This document shows positions 25,928-35,600 of a stretch of DNA of 64,000 bases, in pieces (the stretch's first letter is position 1; every line of letters begins with the position of its first letter). The notes beneath the pieces are model-generated. The model had not been told where the DNA came from, did not search any database, and saw nothing but the letters and a program-made list of their open reading frames with translations. The position numbers and the translations under genes are program-made. Source of the stretch: Clostridia bacterium (GTDB taxonomy: Bacteria; Bacillota; Clostridia; RGIG6154). The stretch is from positions 70-64,069 of the forward strand of contig JAFQQW010000040.1 in assembly GCA_017410375.1 (NCBI GenBank), read 5' to 3'.

Positions 25928-27727
25928 TTATTCGTCATCCATTACTTCGCCCTGGGCTTCGTTTGTACCGGGCTGACCTTCTGCCCCGTTGGGGTTTGCC
26001 TGCTGGTAAAGCTTTGCGGAAATTTCATAGAATTCTTTCTGCAATTCTTCAGTAGCTGCTTTGATTGCATCATTATCGGTGCCGGAAAGGGCTGTTTTTA
26101 CCTTTTCGCAAGCTGCTTTTACTTTAGAAGTATCTTCTTCCGAAACCTTGTCTTTGAGTTCTTCCAGAGCCTTTTCGGACTGATATACCAAAGCATCTGC
26201 CTGGTTGCGGATTTCGATACCCTCTTTTCTCTTCTTATCTTCTTCTGCAAACTTTTCAGCTTCTTTTACAGCCTTGTCGATATCTTCATCCGAAAGGTTG
26301 GTGCTTGCAGTAATGGTAATTTTCTGTTCCTGACCTGTACCTAAGTCTTTCGCAGATACGTTTACGATACCGTTTGCGTCAATATCAAAGGTAACTTCAA
26401 TCTGCGGAACACCGCGGGGTGCCGGTGCAATACCGGTAAGCTGGAATCTGCCCAAGGTTTTGTTATCCTGCGCCATTTCTCTTTCACCCTGCAGAACATG
26501 GATATCTACAGAGGTCTGGCTGTCTGCCGCAGTAGAGAAAATCTGACTCTTCTTGGTCGGGATGGTGGTATTTCTTTCAATCAGCTTTGTGCAAACGCCA
26601 CCTAAGGTTTCGATACCCAAAGAAAGCGGAGTTACGTCGAGAAGCAATAAGCCTTTAACGTCGCCACCTAATACACCTGCCTGAATTGCAGCACCCATAG
26701 CTACACATTCATCGGGATTTACGCCTTTATGAGGTTCTTTACCCATAATATTCTTAACAGCTTCCTGAACAGCCGGGATTCTGGAAGAACCGCCAACTAA
26801 GATAACCTTGCTGATTTCGCTTGCAGAAAGACCGGAATCGGAAAGTGCTTTTCTGGTAGGTTCCATAGTTGCCGCAACCAAATCTGCGGTTAATTCGTCA
26901 AATTTTGCACGGGTAATGGTCACATCCAAATGCTTCGGACCGGTTGCATCTGCAGAAATATAAGGCAGATTGATGTTGGAAGACATTGCAGAGGAAAGCT
27001 CGATTTTTGCTTTTTCTGCCGCATCTTTCAAGCGCTGTGCCGCCATTTTGTCGTTTCTTAAATCCAGACCGTTTTCCTTCTTGAATTCTTCTGCCATGTA
27101 ATCGATTAAGCGCTTATCAAAGTCATCGCCGCCTAAGTGGTTGTTACCGCAGGTTGCTTTAACTTCGAATACACCGTCGTCAATTTCCAGGATAGATACG
27201 TCGAATGTACCGCCGCCTAAGTCATAAACCATAATGTTTTCGGACTGTTCTTTATCCAGACCGTAAGCAAGTGCTGCAGCAGTAGGTTCGTTGATGATAC
27301 GAAGTACTTCAAGACCTGCGATTTTACCTGCATCCTTGGTTGCCTGACGCTGTGCATCTGAAAAATATGCAGGAACGGTAATAACTGCCTGCGTTACGGT
27401 TTCGCCCAGATAGCTTTCTGCATCTGCTTTAAGCTTTTGCAGTACCATTGCAGAAATTTCCTGAGGTGTGTAATTTTTGTCGTCAATTGCAACCTTTCTA
27501 TCAGAGCCCATGTCTCTCTTGATGGAGATAATCGTTCTGTCGGGGTTTGTGATAGACTGACGCTTTGCCACTTCACCCACAAGACGTTCGCCTTCTTTTG
27601 TGAATGCAACAACCGAAGGGGTTGTTCTTGCGCCTTCTGCGTTGGTGATAACAGCGGTGTCGCCACCTTCCATAACTGCAACGCAGGAGTTTGTTGTACC
27701 TAAGTCAATACCAATAATCTTTGCCAT
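25928..27727 (-). CDS. dnaK: Molecular chaperone DnaK (Hsp70)
   Basis: Starts [22 protein letters not shown]. Contains the DLGGGTFD motif. 599 aa. Confidence 0.98.
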   Translation of the reverse strand: MAKIIGIDLGTTNSCVAVMEGGDTAVITNAEGARTTPSVVAFTKEGERLVGEVAKRQSITNPDRTIISIKRDMGSDRKVAIDDKNYTPQEISAMVLQKLKADAESYLGETVTQAVITVPAYFSDAQRQATKDAGKIAGLEVLRIINEPTAAALAYGLDKEQSENIMVYDLGGGTFDVSILEIDDGVFEVKATCGNNHLGGDDFDKRLIDYMAEEFKKENGLDLRNDKMAAQRLKDAAEKAKIELSSAMSSNINLPYISADATGPKHLDVTITRAKFDELTADLVAATMEPTRKALSDSGLSASEISKVILVGGSSRIPAVQEAVKNIMGKEPHKGVNPDECVAMGAAIQAGVLGGDVKGLLLLDVTPLSLGIETLGGVCTKLIERNTTIPTKKSQIFSTAADSQTSVDIHVLQGEREMAQDNKTLGRFQLTGIAPAPRGVPQIEVTFDIDANGIVNVSAKDLGTGQEQKITITASTNLSDEDIDKAVKEAEKFAEEDKKRKEGIEIRNQADALVYQSEKALEELKDKVSEEDTSKVKAACEKVKTALSGTDNDAIKAATEELQKEFYEISAKLYQQANPNGAEGQPGTNEAQGEVMDDE

Positions 27728-27756
27728 AATTTATTCCTTCCTTTCAAATAAAAAGC

Positions 27757-28248
27757 TTAGTTTGCTACTTTTACCATGCTGGGACGAATCACTTTATCCC
27801 CACACATATATCCCTTTAAGAAGTCCTCTGCAACCACATTTTCTCCAAAGGAATCATCCTCTATGTGCATAACTGCATTGTGGATGTTCGGATCAAAGGG
27901 CTGACCAACGGCTTCAATCGGCTTTACACCTAATTTTTCAAACACATCGTAAAGCTGTTTTGCAATCATGCGAATGCCTTCTCCGTCTTTGGAATCTTCC
28001 GGCATTGCCGCAACCGCACGGTCAAAATTATCCACAACGGGGAGCAATTCCTCCACCGCCGCAATTAAACCGTTTTTATAGGATGCCTGCATTTCCTTGG
28101 TGGTTCTTTTCTTGTAGTTGTCAAAATCAGCCATCAGACGAATGTATTTATCCTGCCAGTCATTCTGAACAGGCGCTTCCGCTTCTTCTGCCGGTGCAGT
28201 TGTTTCTTCTACAACTTCTTCCTGCACATCTTCTTTCTTCTTCGCCAT
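27757..28248 (-). CDS. grpE: Nucleotide exchange factor GrpE
   Basis: Acidic N-terminus followed by a coiled coil (YIRLMADFDNYKKRTTKE) and a C-terminal beta domain. Start chosen at the ATG with an RBS GAGAGGAAG 7 nt upstream. Confidence 0.9.
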   Translation of the reverse strand: MAKKKEDVQEEVVEETTAPAEEAEAPVQNDWQDKYIRLMADFDNYKKRTTKEMQASYKNGLIAAVEELLPVVDNFDRAVAAMPEDSKDGEGIRMIAKQLYDVFEKLGVKPIEAVGQPFDPNIHNAVMHIEDDSFGENVVAEDFLKGYMCGDKVIRPSMVKVAN

Positions 28249-28262
28249 ATTCACACTTCCTC

Positions 28263-29321
28263 TCATGTTTTATCCGGATTCTCATCCGTAATTTCAAGCA
28301 TTTTCTGATTCAGCATCGCGGTAGTATTTTTGATCACCGACACAGCCTTTTTGTAATCCATACGCACAGGACCGATAATACCGATAATGCCTTCCATGCT
28401 GTCACCGATTTTATATCGGGAGGTAATGATAGAGCAATCGGAGAATCCGTCCTCTGCGTTATCTGAACCGATACGGATGTTGATGTCATCATTCGCGCTT
28501 TGAATGGCACTTACGGTGCGCATCACATCTTTTCGGTCATTTACTGCATTTAAAAACCGTTTTACACGGTTTAAATCCGAATACTCGGGGAAATTTAACA
28601 TGTTGGTGGTACCGTCCATGTAAACCTCTGTATCCTCGCTGTCTTTCACGCAGGCACGCATGAAATCAATAATCGGAAACAGCAATTCCATTTCAAGTCC
28701 CGTTTCTTCGGAAATTGCATACAAATTGTCAACCGTTATGCTGTTAAAGGGAACATTGGCAAATGCACGGTTTAACATTTTTTCCATCAATGCAATTTTC
28801 TCTTCGGTTACGGGCGAAAGAAACTGAATCTTTTTATCCCGCACAACGCCCTGGTTAGTGATGACCACCACAAGACACCAATGCAAATCAATTCCGATTA
28901 AACGAAGCTGTTTTAAGCTTCCCGATGTTAAGGTCGGTGCCGAAATCACCGCCGTGTAGTTGGTAAGCTTGGATAAAACCTGTGTGGTTTTTGCAATCAC
29001 CTTTTCCAGATAATCCATTTTCATTTCCAATGTGTTTCGAAGGGTGTTGATTTCCTCTAACGTCAGACTGTACTGGGTCATCAGTTCATCCACATAGTAG
29101 CGATACCCAATCAAGGAAGGTACTCGCCCGGCAGAGGTGTGCGGCTGTTTTAAAAATCCCATGTCCTCTAAGTCTGCCATCTCATTACGGATGGTTGCAG
29201 GACTTAAACCTAAATCACATTTTTTTACGATAGTTCTTGAACCTACAGGCTCGGCGGTATCAATATAGTCATCAATAATCGCCTGCAGAATTTTTCGTTT
29301 TCTGTCATCAATGCTTCCCAT
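28263..29321 (-). CDS. hrcA: Heat-inducible transcription repressor HrcA
   Basis: Starts MGSIDDRKRKILQAIIDDYIDTAEPVGSRTIVKK (winged-helix N-domain). RBS GAGGAGG. The ORF-track start at 29357 would run into the CIRCE operator. Confidence 0.93.
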   Translation of the reverse strand: MGSIDDRKRKILQAIIDDYIDTAEPVGSRTIVKKCDLGLSPATIRNEMADLEDMGFLKQPHTSAGRVPSLIGYRYYVDELMTQYSLTLEEINTLRNTLEMKMDYLEKVIAKTTQVLSKLTNYTAVISAPTLTSGSLKQLRLIGIDLHWCLVVVITNQGVVRDKKIQFLSPVTEEKIALMEKMLNRAFANVPFNSITVDNLYAISEETGLEMELLFPIIDFMRACVKDSEDTEVYMDGTTNMLNFPEYSDLNRVKRFLNAVNDRKDVMRTVSAIQSANDDINIRIGSDNAEDGFSDCSIITSRYKIGDSMEGIIGIIGPVRMDYKKAVSVIKNTTAMLNQKMLEITDENPDKT

Positions 29322-29340
29322 ACGATACCTCCTCTTTTTG

Positions 29341-29367
29341 TTAGCACTCACCAACAAGGAGTGCTAA
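29341..29367. promoter_or_regulatory. CIRCE operator (TTAGCACTC-N9-GAGTGCTAA), HrcA binding site
   Basis: Exact match to the CIRCE consensus inverted repeat. Lies 20 nt upstream of the hrcA ATG. Confidence 0.95.
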
Positions 29368-29376
29368 CATCTGATA

Positions 29377-29407
29377 ATAGATTACCACTAATTTTTCCAT
29401 TTGTCAA
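29377..29407 (-). promoter_or_regulatory. Putative sigma-A promoter of the hrcA-grpE-dnaK-dnaJ operon (AAAAAACTATTGACA-N17-TAATCT)
   Basis: Strong -35 TTGACA (29407..29402) with an upstream A-tract. The -10 is weak at 17-nt spacing. CIRCE follows immediately. Confidence 0.45.
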
Positions 29408-29452
29408 TAGTTTTTTGAAAATTTTTTGACTTTTTCTGACTTTTAAAAAATA

Positions 29453-29480
29453 CAGCTTCCGAAGAAGCTGCATTTTTAGT
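29453..29480. terminator. Bidirectional terminator hairpin (cagcttc-cgaa-gaagctg with flanking T/A runs) after dus
   Basis: 7-bp stem. On the minus strand a T-run follows (the reverse complement of gacttttaaaaaa). Confidence 0.65.
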
Positions 29481-30408
29481 TTTCCAAAGGTGGTAAGTTA
29501 TGTATAACCGCCATTAAATCCGAAAGCTTGTTTGTTTTTTTTACGGCTTTTAACAGTCGTTTATCCTCGGGATAGTTTAAAACTACCGACATCATAATTT
29601 CTTTTAATTTGTGCATGGTAAACGTATCTGATTTTAAGACACTGTTATATGCTGTACATAGCTGTTCCAAAAACACAATGAGTTCTGTATTGCTTAAGCT
29701 TTTCCCGTTTTTGATTTCACGGAAAAGTGCAGGATTCTGCACAGCTCCCCTGCCAATCATGACACCTTTTAAATTTGGAAAGCGGTTACAAATGTGTATG
29801 TAATCCGCTTTGGTTCGTACATCTCCGTTGTAACAAAGCGGATTTACGCTGTTTTCATAAAACATCCGAAAGGTTTCCATATCCGGTGTGCCTTTATAAA
29901 AATTCTCCCGCACCCTGGGATGCACAATCAGCATGGATATAGGATAACGGTTGTAAATTGTCAATAACGCTTCCGCTTCCTCTGCTGAAGAAAAACCGAT
30001 TCTGGTCTTTACAGAAATGGGAATCGGACAAGCAGAAAACACCGCATCCAAAAAACGGTCCAATTCATCCCTTCGCCTTAAAAAGCCTGCCCCACGGTTT
30101 TTGCTGACCACCGTTCCTGAGGGACAGCCTAAATTCAGATTAATTTCCCGGTATCCGATTTCCTGAAGCTTTTCCGCAAGACTGAGAAACGGCTTTGGTT
30201 GATTACAAAGAATCTGTACCGCAATGGGAGCTTCATTTTCTTCGGGCAGAACGTCTTTAATCAGCTTTGAAGTTATCTTATCTTCCGCACCGGGATTAAT
30301 AAAAGGGGCATAATACAGGTCTGCTTCACCAAACATATTAAAATGCGTATTTCTGTATATTCTGGTGGTAATTCCTTCCAAAGGTGCAAAATACAGCTCC
30401 ATAAACAA
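29476..30408 (-). CDS. tRNA-dihydrouridine synthase (Dus family, TIM-barrel flavoenzyme)
   Basis: Starts MELYFAPLEGITTRIYRNTH. Contains IAVQILCNQP and NLNLGCPS (catalytic Cys loop). Confidence 0.85.
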   Translation of the reverse strand: MFMELYFAPLEGITTRIYRNTHFNMFGEADLYYAPFINPGAEDKITSKLIKDVLPEENEAPIAVQILCNQPKPFLSLAEKLQEIGYREINLNLGCPSGTVVSKNRGAGFLRRRDELDRFLDAVFSACPIPISVKTRIGFSSAEEAEALLTIYNRYPISMLIVHPRVRENFYKGTPDMETFRMFYENSVNPLCYNGDVRTKADYIHICNRFPNLKGVMIGRGAVQNPALFREIKNGKSLSNTELIVFLEQLCTAYNSVLKSDTFTMHKLKEIMMSVVLNYPEDKRLLKAVKKTNKLSDLMAVIHNLPPLEN

Positions 30409-30491
30409 TCCTCTCTTGACTTTTTTCTATATTATTTGTATAATGATTTTAGCACATCCGATGCACTTTGTCAAACGAGGAGGGTTAAAGA

Positions 30492-30914
30492 ATGCACCCG
30501 GATTTACAAAAAGCAATCGGGCAACTGAAAGCCGAAAACTACACATGCGTGTTTTGCAAAGGCAACACCGTTTATACGAGTTACGACCGGGGCATCGCAC
30601 CGCTTCTTAAACAATACGAAAAGAACACCCTGCTTTCTGATTTTTATGTTGCAGACAAGGTTGTGGGAAAAGGTGCTGCATTTATGTATGTGCTTTTAGG
30701 CATACGGGAGCTGTATGCCGAGATTTTAAGCGAAAGTGCGAAAGCGGTTTTGACAGAATACGGCATCCCTGTATATGCCAGGTCGGTTGTTAATCGCATA
30801 CTGAATCGGGAGAAAACCGGATTTTGTCCCATTGAAAGTGCGGTTTTACAAATAACTGACCCAACCGAAGCACTTTTTGCCATCCAACAAACATTAAAGG
30901 AGCTAAAAAAATGA
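30492..30914 (+). CDS. DUF1893 (TM1506-like) domain protein, hypothetical
   Basis: 140 aa. Contains CVFCKGNTVYTSYDRGIAPLL and DKVVGKGAAFMYV. The stop overlaps the start of the next gene (ATGA). Confidence 0.5.
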   Translation: MHPDLQKAIGQLKAENYTCVFCKGNTVYTSYDRGIAPLLKQYEKNTLLSDFYVADKVVGKGAAFMYVLLGIRELYAEILSESAKAVLTEYGIPVYARSVVNRILNREKTGFCPIESAVLQITDPTEALFAIQQTLKELKK

Positions 30915-32035
30915 TTTACAAACCTTTTAAAGACATAAATCTTTCCATGCTGGGCTTAGGGTGTATGCGTCTGCCCGGTGGTGGTCGTTTTACCGGTGAA
31001 ATCGACATGGAGAAAACTGCCGAAATGGTTGACTACGCCTTAAAAAACGGCTTGAATTACTTTGACACCGCCTGGGGTTATCACAGTCATCAGTCCGAAA
31101 TTGCAATAGGTGAAATTTTAAAGAAATATCCCAGAAACAGCTTTTATCTTGCCACCAAGTTCCCGGGCTTCACTTTAGAAAATGTGGAAAAGAAAGAAGA
31201 AATCTTTGAAGAGCAGATGAAAAAACTGCAGACCGATTATGTGGATTTTTATTTATTCCACTGCCTGTCCGGTTCGAATGTAGAGTTGTATACCGACCCA
31301 AAATACGGCCTGATGGACTACATCTTAGAGCAAAAGAAAAAGGGACGAATCCGCTACATCGGTGTTTCGGTTCATGCTTCTTTAGAGGATTTGACCCGTT
31401 TTTTAGATACCCATGCACCACACATTGATTTTTGCCAACTGCAGCTCAATTGGCTGGACTGGGACTATCAGGATGCAAAAGCAAAGGTAGAACTTTTAAA
31501 CAAACGCAACATTCCCATATGGGTTATGGAGCCGGTTCGTGGCGGAAAGCTTGCTTCTCTCCCTGAAACGCACGAAAAAGTACTAAAAGCATTACATCCC
31601 GAATGGAGCATACCTGCCTGGTCGTTCCGTTACCTGCAATCCATACCGGGTGTATCGGTGGTGCTTTCGGGCATGTCTGACATGGAACAGCTTAAAGACA
31701 ATATGGAAACCTTTTCATCTGAGCGTCCGCTGAACGAAAAAGAAATGTCCGTGCTGTACACCATTGCAAACGATTTGTTAAACACCGTGCCGTGTACCGC
31801 CTGTCGGTATTGTACCGATGTCTGTCCTTCGCAGATTGACATTCCCGAAATGATTAAAATCTATAACAATCAGATTTTTAACAAGGGCTGTATTCCGCAG
31901 GATGCCCTGAAAGATATCCCAAAAGAAAACCAGCCTGCCTCCTGCATTACCTGTCGCTCCTGTGAAGCACTTTGCCCGCAGGAAATCAAAATTTCAGAAG
32001 TCATGCAGGATTTTGTTCAAAAAACAGAAGCATAA
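30911..32035 (+). CDS. Aldo/keto reductase fused to a C-terminal 4Fe-4S ferredoxin-like domain
   Basis: AKR N-domain (LGLGCMRLPG...NYFDTAWGYHSHQSE). C-terminal Cys motifs CTACRYCTDVCP and CITCRSCEALCP. Overlaps the DUF1893 gene by 4 nt, which indicates an operon. Confidence 0.8.
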   Translation: MIYKPFKDINLSMLGLGCMRLPGGGRFTGEIDMEKTAEMVDYALKNGLNYFDTAWGYHSHQSEIAIGEILKKYPRNSFYLATKFPGFTLENVEKKEEIFEEQMKKLQTDYVDFYLFHCLSGSNVELYTDPKYGLMDYILEQKKKGRIRYIGVSVHASLEDLTRFLDTHAPHIDFCQLQLNWLDWDYQDAKAKVELLNKRNIPIWVMEPVRGGKLASLPETHEKVLKALHPEWSIPAWSFRYLQSIPGVSVVLSGMSDMEQLKDNMETFSSERPLNEKEMSVLYTIANDLLNTVPCTACRYCTDVCPSQIDIPEMIKIYNNQIFNKGCIPQDALKDIPKENQPASCITCRSCEALCPQEIKISEVMQDFVQKTEA

Positions 32036-32037
32036 AA

Positions 32038-32075
32038 AACCAGCATGTCCGTAAAGGACATGCTGGTTTATTCTT
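32038..32075. terminator. Bidirectional rho-independent terminator (aaccagcatgtcc-gtaaa-ggacatgctggtt + T-run)
   Basis: 13-bp perfect stem between convergent genes. Confidence 0.8.
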
Positions 32076-32080
32076 TTTGG

Positions 32081-32488
32081 TTATTCGCAATCCAAATCGA
32101 TTTTAAGTTCTTCGCCACAGTTGGGGCAAGAAATCGGTGCGTCATCATCTAAGAGGCTACCGTCTACATACACTTCTTCACCGCAGGAATCGCAGGTGAA
32201 TTCGTATACATCCTCATCGTTGAAATCTTCATCGTCATACTCTTCGTCGTATTCGTCATCATCGTCGTCATAACAGAATTCTTCCAAATCGCCGAGATCC
32301 TGATCGATTTCGTCAACCTTGCTGTCCAGTTCATCAATATAAGCTTCCAGCTCATCAATGCGTTCAGCCATTTCGTCAATCAAATCAACTAATTTTAAAA
32401 TCAATTTTGTTTCTTTCTTGTCCGCATCAAGTTCCATGCCTTCTGCAAGACCCAAGATATAGGATGCGCCTTCTTTTAAAGTGTTCAT
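32081..32488 (-). CDS. Highly acidic coiled-coil protein with C-terminal zinc ribbon (CDSCGEE...CPNCGEE), hypothetical
   Basis: 135 aa. D/E-rich tract (DDDDDEYDEEYDDEDFNDED). Two CxxC pairs. Confidence 0.5.
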   Translation of the reverse strand: MNTLKEGASYILGLAEGMELDADKKETKLILKLVDLIDEMAERIDELEAYIDELDSKVDEIDQDLGDLEEFCYDDDDDEYDEEYDDEDFNDEDVYEFTCDSCGEEVYVDGSLLDDDAPISCPNCGEELKIDLDCE

Positions 32489-32525
32489 TTCATACCCTTC
32501 CCTTCTGTAATGTTTTTAAAATCAA

Positions 32526-33083
32526 TTATGCTCTTTCCATGTATTCACCGGTTCTGGTGTCTACGCGAATCATTTCGTTTTCTTCAATAAAGAGCGGTAC
32601 GTTAATCACTGCACCGGTTTCGAGTGTAGCGGGCTTGGTTGCGCCTGTTGCTGTATCACCTTTGAAGCCGGGTTCGGTTTCAGTTACCAAAAGTTCTACA
32701 AATGTAGGCGGTTCAATACCGAACACAGAGCCTTTGTAAGAAAGGATTTTGCAAATCATTTCTTCTTTAACAAATTTCAAAGCATCGCCGATGCTGTCTG
32801 CGGAAATCGGAACCATATCAAAGGTTTCCTGATCCATGAAATAATAAAGATCACCATCAGAATAAGAATACTGCATATCCTTTCTTTCGATGTGTGCTTT
32901 TTCCAGTTTTTCTGTGGGACGGAATGTTTTTTCAATAACACCGCCGGTGATTACGTTTTTGAGCTTGGTTCTTACAAACGCTGCACCTTTACCGGGTTTA
33001 ACATGCTGGAATTCTACAATCTGAAATACGTTACCTTCCATTTCGAAAGTAATGCCATTTCTGAAATCGCCTGCTGAAATCAT
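32526..33083 (-). CDS. efp: Translation elongation factor P
   Basis: Starts [43 protein letters not shown], near-identical in pattern to B. subtilis EF-P. Includes the KPGKG loop, where the modified Lys sits. RBS GGAGG 8 nt upstream of the ATG at 33083. Confidence 0.95.
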   Translation of the reverse strand: MISAGDFRNGITFEMEGNVFQIVEFQHVKPGKGAAFVRTKLKNVITGGVIEKTFRPTEKLEKAHIERKDMQYSYSDGDLYYFMDQETFDMVPISADSIGDALKFVKEEMICKILSYKGSVFGIEPPTFVELLVTETEPGFKGDTATGATKPATLETGAVINVPLFIEENEMIRVDTRTGEYMERA

Positions 33084-33160
33084 ATTTAATACCTCCAAAT
33101 ATATTTATATTAATATCATACAACAAAATGGAAAAAATAGCAAGTGTTTTTGCGAATTTT

Positions 33161-34189
33161 TTAAAGAATTATCAATTCTTTATCGGATTTTTGCAGTGAA
33201 TCACATCCATTGTCCCGCAAAACCACCGTATTTTCAATTCGGACACCGAATTTTTCGGGCAAATAGATACCGGGTTCAATGGTAACGACCTGATTTGCTT
33301 TAAGCACCGTATCCCGATTTGGTGCAAGATTCGGAAACTCATGAATCTCAAGTCCTACCCCGTGACCGGTACTATGTACAAAATACTGTCCGTATTCGGC
33401 ATCTACAATAATCTTTCGTGCAATCTCATCTGCCTCACCGGCTGTCATACCGGGCTTTACGGTCCTTTCCAAGGTATCCTGCGCCCGAAGCACAATATCG
33501 TACACCCACTCCATTTCATCCGAAAGATAGCCAACCGCAACCGTCCTTGTCATATCCGAGCAGTAACCGTTATATACAGCACCGAAATCCATGGTCAGAA
33601 ATTCGCCCTCCTGCACGGTTTTAGCGGTAGGAACGCCATGGGGCAAGGAAGTGTTTTTACCTGAAATGCAAATGGTATCAAATGACGGTTTTTCCGCACC
33701 GAAGCATGCCATTTTATAATTCAGATATGCCGCAATTTCCTGCTCGCTCTGACCGGGTCGGATAAAATTCAAAGTCTCCTGATACGCCTTTTCTGCAATG
33801 GATGCCGCCTGTCTTAATGCTTCAACCTCGGCTTCCTCTTTAACAGAACGAAGCTCCGCAAAAGGAATATCTGAGGGCATCAGCTCTATCTCAAGCTTTT
33901 TAGCACCAAGATAGGTTTTGTGTACCAGATGCGCTTCCTGAAAAAACAAAGGACAATTTAAATGTTTAACCTCTTTCCAGAATCCGCGGATATCACAGAT
34001 TTCAAATGAAGGTGCTTCTCTTTGTGCATTCTCTGTATATCTGCCATCGGTATAAATACGCCTGATACTTTCCGATAGCAAGACATAGCCTTCTCCCGAG
34101 AAGGATGCGTAATAACGCATATCCGCAGGGTCGGAAAGCATGATAACTGCCTTTTCGGGAAGCCTGCTCAATAAATTCTGTATCCTCAT
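33161..34189 (-). CDS. M24-family Xaa-Pro aminopeptidase/dipeptidase
   Basis: 342 aa. Creatinase/prolidase N-domain plus pita-bread C-domain (HSTGHGVGLEIHE; metal ligands D, D, H, E, E). Confidence 0.85.
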   Translation of the reverse strand: MRIQNLLSRLPEKAVIMLSDPADMRYYASFSGEGYVLLSESIRRIYTDGRYTENAQREAPSFEICDIRGFWKEVKHLNCPLFFQEAHLVHKTYLGAKKLEIELMPSDIPFAELRSVKEEAEVEALRQAASIAEKAYQETLNFIRPGQSEQEIAAYLNYKMACFGAEKPSFDTICISGKNTSLPHGVPTAKTVQEGEFLTMDFGAVYNGYCSDMTRTVAVGYLSDEMEWVYDIVLRAQDTLERTVKPGMTAGEADEIARKIIVDAEYGQYFVHSTGHGVGLEIHEFPNLAPNRDTVLKANQVVTIEPGIYLPEKFGVRIENTVVLRDNGCDSLQKSDKELIIL

Positions 34190-35037
34190 TTGCCCATCGC
34201 TCCTAAAATAGACTGATAGGTCAAAGCATCCACATCCTGCATGCCCGGAGATTCACAAATGATAACCGGCTCTAAATTCCGCTTTAAAATCAGTTCTGCG
34301 AAAGGGTCAAACGTAGGACCAAAGCTTTCATCCTCGTAAGGAATATGGCATTTCTCGCCACCTGCCGTAAAGGCAATACGGGTAAAATGCACATGAAATT
34401 TTCTCGCCTTTTCTTCGCCCAGCACATTATGGATTTTATTTACAATGTTCTCAAAATCCGAAAACGCATTAAGGCTTCCCATTTCTCTGGCATTCACATG
34501 TCCAAAATCAATACAGGGCACAAAATTCTCGCTGACCTTGCACATTTCAAGCACCTCGTCAACCGTTCCCAGCTGATTGATTTTCCCCATAGTTTCGGGG
34601 CAGATATGAATGTCATCTAAATGCATATCTTTTGCCGCATCATAGGCTCTTTTCAAGGTATCGCATGCAAGCGAAAGCGCCTCTTCTCTGCTCATTTTAC
34701 TGCAGGAGCCTGCATGCACCACAATACGCTTTGCACCACAGAATTTTGCCGCCTCCAGGGTTTTTAGAATGTAATTGATGCTGTTGTCCCGTTTTTCGGA
34801 TTCTACAGAAGACAGGCTGATATAGTAAGGCGAATGGATGCTCATATAAATGTCATTTTCTTTCGCCTTTTCGCCCAACTCTTCTGCTGTCTTTTGTGTT
34901 ATTTTAACACCTTTGGAGCATTGGTATTCATAAGCAGAAAGCCCGATTTCCTTCAGCCAACCGGGCATTTCTATGCTTTTCTTTTTTCCGCTGGTATAAA
35001 AATTGTCCGGGTTACCGGATGTACCGAATCGTACCAT
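34186..35037 (-). CDS. Endonuclease IV-like TIM-barrel protein (AP-endonuclease family 2 / xylose-isomerase-like fold)
   Basis: Contains HSPYYISL, RIVVHAGS and CIDFGH, which mirror the Nfo motifs HAPYIINL, IVLHPGAH and CFDTCH. Start taken at the ATG with a GAGAGGA RBS. Overlaps the pepP stop by 4 nt. Confidence 0.55.
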   Translation of the reverse strand: MVRFGTSGNPDNFYTSGKKKSIEMPGWLKEIGLSAYEYQCSKGVKITQKTAEELGEKAKENDIYMSIHSPYYISLSSVESEKRDNSINYILKTLEAAKFCGAKRIVVHAGSCSKMSREEALSLACDTLKRAYDAAKDMHLDDIHICPETMGKINQLGTVDEVLEMCKVSENFVPCIDFGHVNAREMGSLNAFSDFENIVNKIHNVLGEEKARKFHVHFTRIAFTAGGEKCHIPYEDESFGPTFDPFAELILKRNLEPVIICESPGMQDVDALTYQSILGAMGK

Positions 35038-35041
35038 TTGA

Positions 35042-35521
35042 TTATCCTCTCTTATAGACAATATTTTCCAATATCCGCTTGAATTTTACAAATTTCCCTT
35101 CTTTATCACAAACGGGGTCCACAAGTACTGCGCACATATGCATACGGTTTGCACCCCACACATCGGTAAAAATCTGGTCACCGATTACAGCCACCTCTTC
35201 GGGCTTTACCTGTAGTTTTTCGAGGGCAAGCAAAAAAGGCTTTTTGGCAGGCTTATTGCCGTCACAAATAAAATCCACCGGAAAAGAATCTGCAAATTTT
35301 TTTGCACGCGCATAGATGTTATTGGATACAATACAAATTTTAAATTTTGTCTGCATTTTATCCACAAAAGCTTTAGCGCGCGCATCACAAACCGGCGTAT
35401 GCGGCGGCACTAAAGTATTGTCAATGTCTAAAATCAGGGCTTTGATGCCTTTCTCCTGCAACACAGACACATCTATGTCTTCTATGGTTTTGTAATACAG
35501 AGTGGGTTTGAATTTTCGCAC
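35042..35521 (-). CDS. YqeG-family HAD-IIIA phosphatase
   Basis: 159 aa. Contains LILDIDNTL (HAD motif I) and IVSNN (motif II). Matches the pattern of B. subtilis YqeG. Confidence 0.8.
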   Translation of the reverse strand: MRKFKPTLYYKTIEDIDVSVLQEKGIKALILDIDNTLVPPHTPVCDARAKAFVDKMQTKFKICIVSNNIYARAKKFADSFPVDFICDGNKPAKKPFLLALEKLQVKPEEVAVIGDQIFTDVWGANRMHMCAVLVDPVCDKEGKFVKFKRILENIVYKRG

Positions 35522-35600
35522 TTTTGCACCTCTTAAGTACTATTTTTGACTATTATAACATATTTATAAACAAAAAACAACCTTTTTGAAAGGATTTACT

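Noticed and set aside
25799-26344. 181-aa plus-strand ORF
   Set aside because: It is antisense to dnaK. It is hydrophobic and Cys/Phe-rich, a mirror-frame artefact.
29322-29357. Longer hrcA start (MLVSANKKRRYRM...)
   Set aside because: It would place the start codon inside the CIRCE operator. The downstream ATG has a GAGGAGG RBS and yields the conserved HrcA N-terminus.
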